64,000 nucleotides of DNA from Eledone cirrhosa (lineage: Eukaryota), in the NCBI GenBank assembly GCA_964016885.1, contig OZ024749.1, forward strand, positions 26,102,001 to 26,166,000, given 5' to 3'. Under the pieces are notes generated by a model, which had not been told where the DNA came from, ran no database searches, and was given only the letters and a program-made list of their open reading frames with translations. Position numbers and translations under genes: made by a program. Numbering within the stretch: position 1 is the stretch's first letter; every line of letters begins with the position of its first letter. Shown piece by piece: positions 27,190 to 42,036 of the stretch.

Positions 27190-28380
27190 TACACAGAGTG
27201 AGTGATTGAGTGAGAGTGAGAGAGTGAATGAGAGAGACAGTCAGAGAGAGACAGTGAGTTAGAGAGAGAGAGAGAGTGTGTGAGCGAGAGAAAGAAAGAG
27301 AGATAGTCAGCGAGAGAAATTGAGAGACAGAGAGTGAGAGTGAGTGAGAGAATGAAAGAGAGACAGTGAATGAGAGAGACAGTGAGTTAGAAAGAGAGAG
27401 AGTGTGTGTGTGAGTGAGAGAGAGCGAGAGAAAGAAAGAGAGATAGTCAGCGAGAGAGAGTGAGAGACAGAGAGGGAGTGAGTGAGAGAATAAAAGAGAG
27501 ACAGTGAATGAGACAGTCAGAGAGAGACAGTGAGTTAGAGAGAGAGTGTGTGAGTGAGAGAGAGCGAGAGAAAGAAAGAGAGATAGTCAGTGAGAGACAG
27601 AGAGAAAGAGAAAGTGAGTTAGAGAAAGAAAGAGACAGTGAATGAGAGAGACAGTCACAGAGAGACAGTGAGTTAGAAAGAGAGAGAGAGAGAGAGTGTG
27701 AGAGAGAGAGAGCGAGAGAAAGAAATAGTCAGTGAGAGAGAGTGAGAGACAGAGAGAGGGAGTGAGTGAGAGAATGAAAAAGAGACAGTGAATGAGAGAG
27801 ACAGTCAGAGAGAGAGACAGTGAGTGAGTGAGAGAGAGAGAGTGTGTGTGAGTGAGAGAGAGCGAGAGAAAGAAATAGTCAGTGAGAGAGAGTGAGAGAC
27901 AGAGAGAGGGAGTGAGTGAGAGAATGAAAGAGAGACAGTGAATGAGAGAGACAGTCAGAGAGAGAGACAGTGAGTGAGTGAGAGAGAGAGACAGACAGTG
28001 AGTTAGAAAGAGAGAGTGTGTAAGTGAGAGAGAGCGAGAGAAAGAAAGAGAGATAGTGAGTGAAAGACAGAGAGAGAGTGAGAGAGAGAAAGAAAGAGAG
28101 ACAGTTAGTGAGAGAGACAGTTAGAGAGAGACAATGAGTTAGAAAGAGAGAGAGAGTGTGCGTGAGTGAGAGAGAGCGAGAGAAAGAGAGTCAGTGAGAG
28201 AGAGTGAGAGACAGAGAGAGAGAGTGAGTGAGAGTGTGAGTGAGAGAGAGCGAGCGAAAGAAAGAGAGAGGGAGAGTCAGTGAGAGAGAGGGAGAGAAAG
28301 AAAGAGAGACAGTGAGTGAGAGAGAGACAGTGAGTTAGAAAGAGAGAGTGAGAGAGAGACAGACAGTTACAGAGACAATC
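27190..28380. repeat. Purine-rich compound (GA)n repeat with higher-order units
   Basis: Direct reading. Confidence 0.93.
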
Positions 28381-28554
28381 TAATTAGAAATATTTCTCAA
28401 TCTATTCCTACTGATGGCCGTAGCACTCTTTACTGTGGTCGGCCATGTTTGATTAAAACATTTCTACTGAAGTCACAAGAGACCAAACAACATATTAGAA
28501 TCAATAAACTTTTAGAGAAATTAACCACATCTTTACCAATAGTTATTGAACTTG

Positions 28555-29140
28555 TTAATGTGGCTGTTGTTGTTGTTGTTGTTAATGTGGCTGTTGTTGT
28601 TGATAGTGTTGTTGCTGTTGTTAGTGTTGTTGTTGTTGTTGATAGTGTTGTTGTTGTTGGTGTTGTTGCTGTTGTTAGCGTTGTTATTGTTGTTGTTGTT
28701 GATAGTGTTGTTGTTGTTATTGTTGTTGTTGATGATAGTGTTGTTAATGTGGCTCTTGTTGTTGTTGATAGTGTTGTTGCTGTTGTTAGTGTTGTTGTTG
28801 TTGGTGTTGTTGCTGTTGTTAGCGTTGTTATTGTTGTTGTTGTTGATAGTGTTGTTGCTGTTGTTAGTGTTGTTATTGTTGGTGTTGTTGCTGTTGTTAG
28901 CGTTGTTATTGTTGTTGTTGTTGATAGTGTTGTTATTGTTGATAGTGTTGTTGCTGTTGTTGTTGTTGATAGTGTTGTTGTTGTTGTTGATAGTGTTGTT
29001 GTTATTGTTGTTGCTGCTGTTGTTGATAGTGTTGTTATTGTTGTCGTTGTTGATAGTGTTGTTGCTGTTGTTATTGTTGATAGTATTGTTGCTGTTGTTA
29101 GTGTTGTTGTTGTTGTTGTTATTGTTATTGTTGTTGTTGC
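28555..29140. repeat. Degenerate (GTT)n array
   Basis: Direct reading. Confidence 0.95.
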
Positions 29141-29171
29141 GCTAGTTGCTGTGTCGTGTTGTTATTATCGT

Positions 29172-29355
29172 AGGATTGGCAGTATCGGTAGAGGGTCGGA
29201 CGCCATGCTTTCCAGCATAGTTGCGTCCCTTTACGATCTGAGTTCAAATCCCGCCGAGGTTGACTTTGCCTTTTATCCTTACGGGGTCGATAAAATAAAG
29301 TACCAGTAATGCACTGGGTATTTGCTGGCCTTGTGCCTAAAGTAGAAACAATTAT
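29172..29355 (+). mobile_element. tRNA-derived SINE
   Basis: ggattggcagtatcggtagag (A box) ... gagttcaaatcccgcc (B box) ... gtagaaacaatt tail. Confidence 0.93.
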
Positions 29356-29819
29356 CGTACCAGTCAAATAATATAGGTCATTTTACTCGCTTGTATTTAT
29401 ACATTCTTACGTACACACACGTACACACACACAGGTACACACACACAGGTACACACACACACGTACACACACACGTACACACACACGTGCACACACACAC
29501 ACGTACACACACACACACGCACACACACACATACACACACATACGTACGAACACACACACACACATACACGCACATACACACACACGTACACACACACAG
29601 TACACACACACACGTACACACACGTAAACGTACACACACACGTACACACACACACGTACACACACACGTTGTTGTTATTGTTGTTTAGACGGTGTTATTG
29701 TTGTTGTTATTGGTGTCTTTATTGTTATTGATGTTCCCTGTTTTATATTATTGATTATTTTGTTTTTCTATATGAATATTTTAGCATTATCTGTATCAAT
29801 ATTGATGTGGGGGGGGGGT

Positions 29820-31140
29820 AATGGTGGTGGCGGGGAGTGTGGGTGTAATTTGTTTTGGTGGGGATGGTGTTGGTGACAATGGTGATGTGGTATATGGTGA
29901 TGGTGGTGGTGGTAGTGGGGATAGTGTTGGTGGGGATGGTGGTGTGGTATATGGTGGTGATTGTGGTGATGGTGTTGGTGGGGATGGTGGTGTGGTATAT
30001 GGTGGTGGTGGTGGTGATGGTGTTGGTGGGTATGGTGCTGTGGTATATGGTGGTGATGGTGTTGGTGGGGATGGTGGTGGTGGGGATGGTGGTGGTGGTG
30101 ATGGTATTGGTGGGAATGGTGGTGTGGTATATGGTGGTGATGGTGTTGGTGGGGATGGTGGTGTGGTATATGGTGGTGGTGGTGATGGTGTTGGTGGGGA
30201 TGGTGGTGTGGTATATGGTGGTGATGGTGTTGGTAAGGATGGTGTTGGTGGTGATGGTGTTGGTGGGGATGGTGGTGATGGTGTTGGTGGTGTGGTGAAG
30301 ATGGTGGTGTGGTATATGGTGGTGGTGGTGATGGTGTTGGTGGGGATGGTGGTGTGGTATATGGTGGTGGTGATGGTGTTGGTGGTGTTGGTGGGGATGG
30401 TGGTGATGGTGTTGGTGGTGTTGGTGGGGATGGTGTTGGTAGGGATGGTGGTGTGGTATATGGTGGTGATGGTGTTGGTGGGGATGGTGGTGTGGTATAT
30501 GGTGATGGTAGTGATGGTGGTGATAGTAGTGATGATGGTGGTGATGGTAGGGGCGGTGGTGGTGGTTGTGATGGTGGTGATAGTAGTGGTGATGGTGGTG
30601 GTGGTGGTGGTGGTGGTGGTGGTGGTGGTTCTGATGGTGGGGATAGTAGTGATGATGATAGTGGTGAGGGTGGTGGTGATGGTGGTGGTGATGGTGGTAG
30701 TGGTGGTTATGGTGGTGGTGGTGGTGGTGATGGTAGTGGTGGTGGTGGTGGTGATTGTGATGATGGTGATAGTAGTGATGATGGTAGTGGTGGTGGTGGT
30801 GGTGGTGATGGTAGTGCTGGTGATGTTGTTGATGATGGTGGTGATGGTAGTAGTGGTGCTGGTGATGGTGGTGATGGTAGTGATGGTGTTGTTGATGGTG
30901 GTGATGGTAGGGGTGGTGGTGGTGCCAGTGATGATGGTGATGATGATGGTGGTGATGGTGGTGGTAGTGGTGGTGTTGTTGATGGTGGTGATGGTAGTGG
31001 TGGTGCTGGTGCCAGTGATGATGGTGATGATGATGGTGGTGGTGGTGGTGGTAGTGGTGGTGTTGTTGATAGTGGTGATGGTGGTGGAGGTGGTGGTGCT
31101 AGTGATGATGGTGATGATGATGGTGGTGGTGTTGGTGGTA
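29820..31140. repeat. Degenerate (GGT)n/(GAT)n array with a ggtgtggtatat sub-unit
   Basis: Direct reading; explains the poly-G/V ORFs. Confidence 0.93.
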
Positions 31141-31686
31141 GTATCCGGGGTGAATTCTGCAGCTATTTAATAAATGTATTACTTTCACACATTTAAGTAA
31201 ACCGACGATACTGTGTACTTAAATATTACATGTGTCTATATACACCACATATATGTATTATACACGCACACGCATATATATATATATATATATATATTAT
31301 ATCTATATACATATAAATATACACATTATATATGTATATATGTATGCATGTATATATATTCATATATATATATATATATATATGTATATAAATATATATA
31401 TCAATACATGTATGTACATAATCAATATATATATATATGTGTGTATATATCTATGCATATATATATAAATATATGTGTATATATATATATCAATATGTGT
31501 ATATATGTATGCATATATATATAAATATATGTGTATAAATATATATATCAATATATGTATATGCATAATCAATATATATATATATGCGTATATATGAATG
31601 CATATATATATCAATATATGTATATATATATATGTTCAATATATATATATATATATATGTTCAATATATATATATATATATATGTT

Positions 31687-31783
<97 letters not shown>

Positions 31784-32801
31784 CATATATATATATACAC
31801 ACACACATATATATATATATAGAGAGAGAGGGAGAGAGAGTGGGGGTGAGATGCTAATGTGACATCTCTTAATTGACGATAATATAGATGTGTGAGGTAT
31901 GTTAGTTAATGGATAATTATCCGGTATTCGTTGTGTCTTTCACTTGTTGATGTTCTCGATCTTAAAGAAACCATATGGTTGCACTATTATCCAAAGATTA
32001 ATCTTTATTTACGAAGTGACTTTAAGATTTACAAGTACGTTAGTCTGTAATATCTCTCATTTCCTTCATAAACATAATTCTCTCCACGATAACTTATCCT
32101 ATCTTTTCTAGCCTTATTTATTTAATTAGTATATTCTCTTACTGCAAACCGCAAGTACGGTTAATTATTTGCTTTTGGAGTTGTAAATCTACAGTAACAG
32201 GTCGGAGTCATGAAGTGAAGCGAACTTGAGCCTAAGAATTTACTTAACGACCGAATCTTTAATTCAATATTTAAATTCATTCATAACTAATCAGCAATAA
32301 AAATGCTATTTATCAGATGACCTACTCTCTGATAAGTTTCATAAAGCAACCAGATAGCCCGCACATCCAGCAGCTATAACCTTAGGCAGCAAACTTGATC
32401 ACTAATTGTCACTCAGTTAGTGGTGACAGTCAAGTCATGAATGCCTAGGCGGCCTTTGCAATGTTAGAGTGATATTTCTCGGAGGTCTTTGTCCCTTGAA
32501 CAGCCCACAAGACACAGCAACACAACGGCCAGGTGACTTGGTTAAAATGACAGCTAAGAGGGCACAGCACCCCAATAACTAGACTGCTTCGTCAAAATGA
32601 CAACCAAAAGAGTGCAGCATCCAAACAACTGGACGACTTCTTTGTCGCAGTAGCAGCAAACAGAGCGCTCAGCAGCCCAAAGATCGGACAGCTATGTCCT
32701 AATGATGGCCAACAGAGCTCTCAGCATCCCAACGATCGGACAGCTACGTCCTAATACAGCCAACAATATTCTGCAGGTCAACAGCCCAACAAACAATTGG
32801 T

Positions 32802-33046
32802 CAGCAACCTAACAAACAGACCGCTTTTTGAGACCGATACAAGCATGGCTCAGCAACCTAACAAACAGACAGCTTTTTGCGACCCACACAAGCAGGGCTC
32901 AACAACCTAACATACAAACAGCTTGTTGGGACTGACACAAGCAGGGCTCAACAACCTATCAAGCAGACAGATTTTTGAGACTGACACAAGCAGGGCTCAA
33001 TAACCTAACAAACAGACAGCTTTTTGAGACTGACACCAGCACAGTA
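32802..33046. repeat. 49-bp minisatellite x5
   Basis: cagcaacctaacaaacagacagctttttgagactgacacaagcagggct units start at ~32802, 32851, 32900, 32949 and 32998. Confidence 0.9.
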
Positions 33047-33329
33047 CAACAATCTGTAAATCTGAAAGAGATTCAGCGTCACAGTGTGTGTAACGAGATT
33101 GATATTTAGAATTACAAGATCGATTTATGGATGATAGGGGGGGGTGATGGATGGTGGGAGGGGTTGATGGTGGGGTGGATGGATGGATAGAGGGAGTGAG
33201 CGATGGATAGAGGAATGGATTGGTAGATGTATGGGCATTCACGTGACTCTCAGGAAGATTCAGGGTGATAGATCTTGACCTTTGAATCACAGGTAAGTTC
33301 CAGGTGATGGGCTTTCAAATATTTATCAC

Positions 33330-33795
33330 TAATTCAAATCGTACGAGAACAAATCCAGCATGCAGTTGCAGGAAGCCGAATGAATGCCCATTACAGGGCA
33401 AATGTAACACCAAATCCGTTGTTTATGAGGCCAAAGTGACACCTTTAATCAACAACCAGCCAGCCAGGAGTGAGCGATATGTTGGCATGACCCAGGACAG
33501 GTTTAAAACCAGGTTTTATGCACATGTCGCTTCTTTTAAGCACTCCGATAAACGAACAGTAACGGCCCTCGCAAGTAAGGTGTGGGAATTCAAGGATAGA
33601 AACATCCCGTACTCTATCGATTAGTCTATTTTAGACCATTCGAGGGAATACCAAAGGGGCACAAAGAATTGTTCTTTGTGTACCACGGAAAAATATAGGA
33701 TTTTGCTAAACTTAAAAGCCACTTCTGCTTGCCTGAACTCAAAGACCGAGATCTTCAGATGTTGTCCTCATCAGAAATCACATCTGATCTGTAAC
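33330..33795 (+). pseudogene. Penelope-like element GIY-YIG endonuclease relic
   Basis: CSCRKPNECPLQGKCNTKSVVYEAKV...RYVGMTQDRFKTRFYAH...ID-stop-SILDHSREYQRGTKNCSLCTTEKYRIL...LNSKTEIFRCCPH shows the VVY/YVG motif, the conserved R and H, and the CxLCxxEK and LN motifs. Confidence 0.88.
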
Positions 33796-34058
33796 TGGAT
33801 TCACATTCCTATGATAACTCAACCACCTTGAACTCCTTTCCTGTTCTTTACTTCCACTACGGTTTTTTTACCTGCTGAATCCACGTTATGTACTCTTGTA
33901 TTCTCTTTTTCCCTTATCTCCCCTTATATTTAAACCTTTTCCTATGTCATTTATTTCTCCCCCACCCCATTTTCCCTTAATTTCTGCCTTACACTTCACA
34001 TACCAAAAAGTTTTTAATTTATTTTTTTGTGTGTTGCGTATATGTATGTATATGTGTA

Positions 34059-34168
<110 letters not shown>

Positions 34169-34264
34169 TGTATATATATGTGTGTATGTATATGTGTGTG
34201 TATATGTATATATGTATGTATATATGTGTGTGTATGTATGTTTATATCTTTCTGTTGTATTTTG

Positions 34265-34383
<119 letters not shown>

Positions 34384-35208
34384 GTGTATGTATGTATGTG
34401 TGTATATATAGATTTATTGTGTGTGTATATGCGTGTGTATATTTGTGCGTGTATATGTATTTTTTTATATAATGGTTTTGTGTGTATATATATAATAGCC
34501 TCAGAAACGGCTTGAGCTCTGCCGTGGGGGTCAGACTTTTTCATATGTGTGTGTATATATATATATATATACGGAATTGTATGTGTGTGTGTATTTCTGT
34601 GGTTGTGTTTGTGTGTGTGTATGTATATATATGTATATATATGTATATATATGTATATATATATATGTATATATATATGTATGTGTGTATCTATATGCAT
34701 AATTACATACAGTGATTTAATACTTATTTTCATTGATCTTTTGCTCCAGGAACATGTTGAGTGCTCTAAATCTGCTATAAACATTTATACCCTTTTCTAA
34801 ATATATTTTTTTATTTATTATTTGTCGTATTCCCAATTTTTATTTTCATTTTTATTTTTATTTTTATATATACAATATTTAGATATTTTATATATATAAT
34901 ATTTATGTTCTTTCTCATATATATATATATTATTATATGTGTGTGTGTGTGTATGTATGTATGCATACGTATGTGTATGTATATGTGTGTGTAGGTATAT
35001 ATATATGTATATATATATATATGTATATGTATATATGTGTATGTGTATATATATATATATTTTAGAGTTAAACAAGGTTCATATGAATTATCTAAGAATG
35101 AGTTTTACACATATATATATGTGTGTTTGTATTTGTATGTATGTGTTTGTGATATGTTTGTATATGTATGTGTATGTATATATGGATATGTATGTATGTG
35201 TATATATG

Positions 35209-35241
<33 letters not shown>

Positions 35242-35304
35242 GTGTGTACATATGTATATATGAGTGTGTGTATGTATATGCGTATGCGTATGTATGTGTT
35301 TATG

Positions 35305-35770
35305 AGAAAGACCCACTTAAAGATTAAGGTGGTAGAAAAGCCAGGAACCACCATAAAATCCCTGATCAGCAAAACCTACCCTTTTACGAAAACCCACTGT
35401 ACTGTACTAATAGAAAATGTATCATATGTAAGGTAACCCCCCGGATAAACTGTAAAACTAGAAACGTAGTCTATAGCATAAGATGTACATAGGGTACTTG
35501 CAGAAACATGACCACAACATACATAGGCGAGACAGCTCGTAGCATAGGTGAAAGGATAGACCAACACTGGGGGAACTAAAAGGACGAAAAAACGGGTTAG
35601 TACTATACGAACATGCCAGACAACAACGCGACGGTAACATAGACAACATAGAAATTAGAATAATATCTAAACATAGAAATGACCCAGCAGATAGGCAAAT
35701 CAAAGAGGCCAGTGAAATAGAACTTAGAAGGCCAAGGCTAAACAGAAAGAATGAATGGAATAACAACAAC
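35305..35770 (+). pseudogene. Second, different Penelope-like GIY-YIG relic (frameshifts and stops)
   Basis: KIKVVEKPGTTIKSLISKTYPF...CIICK...NCKTRNVVYSIRC...TYIGETARSIGERIDQHW...LYEHA...RQIKEASEIELRRPRLNRKNEW. Confidence 0.88.
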
Positions 35771-36072
35771 ACCCAAACAAACAACACTGACCTAAGAGAA
35801 GTATAAATAAATAAATAAATAGATAAACAAATAAATAAATACATACACAAGCACAATAACAACAAACACATATAAACACACACTAGTAAAGATAGAATAC
35901 ATTAACCAATACACAGTCACCCAATCACGAACACACACCAAACAAAAACACTATACACACACGCAAACGCATGCGCAAAGAAGACAAAATAAAATAAACA
36001 AATAAATAAATATATAAACAGACTAAATAAAGATGGCGTAGAAAATACAATGTAACGGGAGGAAACAATAGC

Positions 36073-36114
36073 ACCATTGACGATGTTGCAGATGTGCAAC
36101 GAGAGATTTATGAT
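36073..36114 (+). ncRNA. Decayed hammerhead downstream of the PLE ORF
   Basis: acca-TTGACGA-t-gttgca-gatg-tgcaac-GAGA-gatt-ta-tgat: perfect stem II with two core substitutions. Confidence 0.5.
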
Positions 36115-36155
36115 AAACCATATATATGTGTTTGTGTCTATATTGTATCTGTATT

Positions 36156-36365
36156 ATTTTTGACCGTTGGTCAGTCAATGGCAACATTGAGGACCGAATA
36201 AATTAGATTACCGATATAAAAGACACAGAAGCGAGAAGCGAAAACCAACCAAACAGTGAGTGTGTTCTGTTATTAATTCTGGCAATATTACACAAATATG
36301 ACCCTCCCCAATTATAACAAGATGTGTTTCGACACACGATTTCATCTAAAAAACCTCGCAAAACT
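36156..36365 (+). mobile_element. PLE-like end fragment with ORF start MTLPNYNKMCFDTRFHLKNLAK
   Basis: Near-identical to 59555-59722; the peptide is homologous to the ORF start at 7983. Confidence 0.7.
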
Positions 36366-36409
36366 ATATATATATCCTACACACACACACAAGCACACAG
36401 ACACACACA

Positions 36410-36462
<53 letters not shown>

Positions 36463-36964
36463 TCTCCACATATATATGCATACATACACACGTATGCATT
36501 TATTATAAATATATACATATTCATATACATATATATACATATTTATGCATATTATATATATGTGTGTGTGTGTGTATGTGTATGCATGTGTGCAAAAGGT
36601 ATTTATGTTATCCAAACAAGCAAGGGCGAGGATTGATAGGATTGCCAGCCTCAAGTGACAACTATTTAACAGAGTGTTTGACAGGAAACACGTTAATATT
36701 CAACCTTAAGACTTTACTTCTGTCAGTAATAAGCAACGATAACAATGCCATTTCGTACATAATCGAATATATCATAAGTAAGCAACTTCTGCATAACATC
36801 AACCTGGATTACATTTCAGTAGAACATGAGTGGGGCCCTTTAAGGTTGAAATATTGAATTGGTTGGGATGTAGTCAGTGTACTTCATTATACCTGGTGCG
36901 GATGAAACGTTCATATGTTGAAATGTTCATAAGCTGACCAGAATATTTTCATGGCATTATCAAA

Positions 36965-37150
36965 TGGATTGGCAGTATCGGTAGACGGTCTGACGCCATG
37001 CTTTGCAGTAAAGAGTTACGGCCCTTTATGGTCTGAGTTCAAATCCCGCCGAGGTTAACTTTGCCTTTCATCCTTACGGGTTCGATAAAATAAAGTACCA
37101 GTAATGCACTGAGATAATTGCTGGCCTTGTGCCTATAGTAGAAATCATTA
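36965..37150 (+). mobile_element. tRNA-derived SINE with 12-bp TSD
   Basis: cattatcaaatg at 36955-36966 and 37146-37157. Confidence 0.93.
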
Positions 37151-37409
37151 TCAAATGTGGTTTATTTTCAACATAATCCCCGGGCAGAAGCAAGGCAGTT
37201 ATTAATAAGAAGTGGGGAAATTAATTCTTAATGCATGCAATATTTTACACCTCTAGCATTAATCCTTCATAGTCAAACTATGGAATTTTTACCCGACCCT
37301 CGTAAGCCAGCACAATTTAAGCTTGGTGAAGACCATGCTTCTCCAAGGCTGAACACAACAGAGTTCTTTCAGAGAAGGATTGAGAGTGAGAGGAAGAAAG
37401 TGAGAAACA

Positions 37410-38090
37410 CATATATAGGAAGAATGGGACCCAGTACGGAACTGGTGCTTTTTTATCGACCTCGGAAGGATGAAAAGCAAAGTTGACTTCTGTGGGATTT
37501 GAACTCTGGGAGAAGAAAGCCAGAATAAGTACCGCAAAGCATTCTATTCGACGTCCCAATGACTCTGAGAAGCTCTATATCTATTTGTAAGAGGCAACCT
37601 TAATAAAACAATTGTTTCTACATTTAGCACAAGGCCAGCAATATGAAGGGAAGGTCAATTAAATCGAACCCAGTGTATTAGGTGGGATTTGAACTCAGAA
37701 TGTAAACAGACGTAACTACATGCCAGAAAACATGGTGCCCGACGCTCTTCCAATACTGCCAATCCACTGACCCTCAAAGTTAATAAAATAATTGTTTCTA
37801 CTTTTGGCACAAGGCCAGCAATTATGCCAGTGTATTACTGGTACTTTATTTTATCGACCCCGAAAGGATGAAAGGCAAAGTTAACCTCGGCGGGATTTGA
37901 ACTCAGAATGGCAAGGGCCGTAACTCTATGCGTCAAAGCATGGCGTCCGACCCTCTACTGATACTGCCAATCCTCCGCCAAAGTTAATAAAATAATGGTT
38001 TCTGATTTAAGCCCAAGGACTCTAATTTGAGGGAGGGGAAAGTTGATTAAATCGACTCCAGTGTATGACTGGTAGTTTATTTTATCGGTC
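37410..38090 (-). mobile_element. Cluster of SINE copies (youngest 37786-37978, with TSD caaagttaataaaaataat)
   Basis: A/B boxes, tails and TSD. Confidence 0.88.
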
Positions 38091-39243
38091 CCTTAATAAA
38101 TGTTTATTCACAACGCAGTGTATATTTGAAAATCTAATATAGATTTAAAATCGATAAATCTACACATCGTGATATTCGCTGCAATATTATACCAGAGTGT
38201 AGCTCTCCGGGTTTTATGTTGTGAAACGTACTGCATGTTTGTACCTGTTTATATATACGAGGAGATATCGTTGTTTATTAGAAGAGAATAATACTAGAAT
38301 GCGCAAAACATGACATAAACCTCCTGAAAACATCAACTGTTAAGACACACCTTATTATCTATCAACATCATCTAGGAAAACACATCATTTAACTACCGAA
38401 ATGCAAAGGAGTTTTCGTTAAGTTTATCTCAACATTAAGCTACTGCTCAAAAGGATGATTTTACACTAAGCAGATTTCTTTTCTCATCCACTTGAAAATA
38501 TCACTCAATCTAGTCTGTTTCCAGTGGGCAGGATTGTCGTGTAGAGAAGAAAGACAAAACAAGAGACGAATACAATAAAAACGTAACGCTAAGAATAGAA
38601 TTTAGCCATTGACACACTCGGCAGGCTATACAAAATTATTTAATAGATATAATGGTTACATTTATAGTTCCATATTGCCAATAGCAGAGGTAATATTACG
38701 CCATTTGCTACGAGATTATTACAGAGGGTGTGTATATCTACGGAAGAAATCTGTTGAAATCTATTTCTGCAGAGTTTACAGTCGTGATTTTCTTTCACTA
38801 ATAGAATCTTTCCAAAGAAATTAAGTAGTTTCTCCTACAGCAGGTATGTCATCATCTTGTCTAGATCTTTTTTTTTTTTTGTTAGTTACTTAAGTACGTA
38901 TGCATGTATGCATGTATATATGTATGAATGTATGTATGTATGTATGAAATAGATGTATAGATGTATGAATGTATATATGTAAGTATGTATGCATGTATGT
39001 ATATATCTATGAATATATGTATGTATGAAGGTATATATACATATGTATGTATGAATGTATGTATGTACGTGTGTATGTATATATCTATGTATGTATGATG
39101 TATGTATGTATGTATGTATGTATGTATGTATATATGTATGAATTAAGTATATATGATATGCATGTATGTGTTTATATGTATATCTACATATTCAGAAATA
39201 CATTCGTATATATATAAATATTCTTACACATATATACTGTCAT

Positions 39244-39318
<75 letters not shown>

Positions 39319-40074
39319 GTGTGTGTGTGTGTGTATGTATGTATAATGACTTTATATATTATTTACTGCACGTTCATGAGAGAGAAAATTATAGACATCT
39401 CTAGATCTGTGCGTTTGGGTGTATACATCTGTATACATATGCCAGTATATGTGTTCCGTGTATATAAATCTATACATACATAAATACACTCATACATACA
39501 TATAAACATACATACGTAGGTACAGGTATCCATACGTACTTTCCCACATATATACGTACATACATACATTCATACATACATAAATACATAGACAAACATA
39601 TACGTTAATACATACATGCATACACACACGCGTAAATACATACATACATAATGCATACACACATACATAGACAAACATATACGTTAATATATACATACAT
39701 ACATACATCATACATACACACATACATACATACACACATACATACATACACATATACATACACACATACATACACACATACATACACACATGCATGCATA
39801 ATAGTATAATAACATATAAAGTACATAGGTAATTATTTTACTTGTTCTACCAAACTATGTTACATTAGTGCAACAGTGCTATCAATAATGATGGGAATAG
39901 CATCGGAGACCAGGATTCGTATGCCATGTATACCTGTATTGTCCTGTGTATGAATAATCATACTAATTGAAGAAATAGTGTTTTAATAAATTGGTGGTTT
40001 GCATAAAACAAATCTTCATATACACGCATTCTTCTTGTTGTCGTATCGACAAGAGTGTCAGTTACAAAATTTGG

Positions 40075-40390
40075 CTAAATGTGGTTCCACCATAGCTGAA
40101 TACATTGCTGTCTTTTCTTCTCATTAAACTCTGCCAAGTCCAATGCTGTGCAGGGATGTCCCAGCAGGGGGCGTAGTAGAAGGTGCTGCATAGTCTGTGG
40201 TTCGATGCGGCAGTCACACACAACGTCCCCATCCATTAAATATCGCCATTTTGCAAGATTGCCATTTGCACATTTCCATACATAAAACCTATAGTTTCTC
40301 CCAACCAAATTTGACTAAGTGGCCATTGGTTAAATCAAAGCTGTGGACAGAGATTGTTGTATTATGGTCTGGACTGGCTTCCATATATTA
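40075..40390 (-). pseudogene. 3' fragment of a non-LTR retrotransposon ORF (Ingi/RTE-X-like C-terminus)
   Basis: NLAKWRY...VCDCRIEPQTMQHLLLRP...CTALDL...W resembles the KWG..CxCG.xQTxxHLLxC zinc-knuckle end. Confidence 0.65.
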
Positions 40391-40396
40391 TGGAGT

Positions 40397-40468
<72 letters not shown>

Positions 40469-40646
40469 TATACATGTATGTGTGTGTGTTTGTTTTTCTG
40501 TATGTATGCATGTATAAATATATATATATATGTATATAAATAGTTATATATATATATGTGTGTGTGTGTGTTGAATGTGTTTGTACGTATATATTTACCT
40601 ATATATATATATATATAGGTAAATATATACGTACAAACACATTCAT

Positions 40647-40726
<80 letters not shown>

Positions 40727-40778
40727 TATATATATTTATATACATACATATATTTATACACACTGACGTACACATATA

Positions 40779-40865
<87 letters not shown>

Positions 40866-41216
40866 ATTTTTTATCGTTTATTTTATTCTTCCACTGAAAA
40901 TCTCATTGTAATCCTCACTATTTCCAGTTTGACCACTAATATTGATTGTGATATATATTTGCTTCTCTACTGTCTTTCCTCTCTCTCTCTCTCTCTCTCC
41001 CTCTTTGTATACAGACACACATGTATATATATACATGTATATATATACATGTGTGTACGTATATATATATATATATGTGTGTGTGTCTGTGTTTATGTAC
41101 GTATATATATATGTTTATGTACGTCTATATATATATATATGTTTATGCGTTCTGGTATGAATATATATATATGTATATATATATATAGCCTTTTCACTTT
41201 ACCTCCCTCTTTCTCG

Positions 41217-41337
<121 letters not shown>

Positions 41338-41545
41338 AAGAGATGTGTCTGTGTGTGACACAAATGTCTGTGTGTGTTTTTCTACCTTTCTCGTTTCCCC
41401 CCCTCACTCTCAATATCTCTCTACCTCCCACTATCCCTCCTGCAATGTCTGCGAACTTGGAAACTTTCTGCCAGACATGTCAAGTAAGAAAACATAACAA
41501 AAACATATTTAAACGAACCACAAAAATCACACATACACACATATG

Positions 41546-41580
<35 letters not shown>

Positions 41581-42036
41581 GCACTCAGACACATACACAT
41601 GCACACACATACACACACGTACATGTATGCACACACATACACACACATACATGTATGCACTCACATACACACACATACATGCACTCACACAATTCACATA
41701 CACATACATGCATACACATGCTAACACATGCTCACACACACAAACACACACGTACAACTACATATACGCATACACACACATACATAGTTTAAAGGAAAAC
41801 ATATATAGAAAATACAAAAAGAACTAAAGAAGGGAAAATGACTGAATAAAAGAAAGAAAGAAAGAAAGAAAAAACAAGCAAGAATGGTTGAAAGAAAGAA
41901 AAAGAAACAAACAAACAAACGAACAAACGAAGAAAAAAATGGGAGAAAGAAAGAGGTTTCCATTTTTGAATATATTTGAGATTGTGTTGTGTTCGATATG
42001 GAGACAGAATTAAACTCGACACTTGACTTTCACAGA

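Noticed and set aside
29821-31196. Gly/Asp-rich ORFs resembling structural proteins
   Set aside because: Degenerate (GGT)n array with frame switches; no signal peptide or exon evidence
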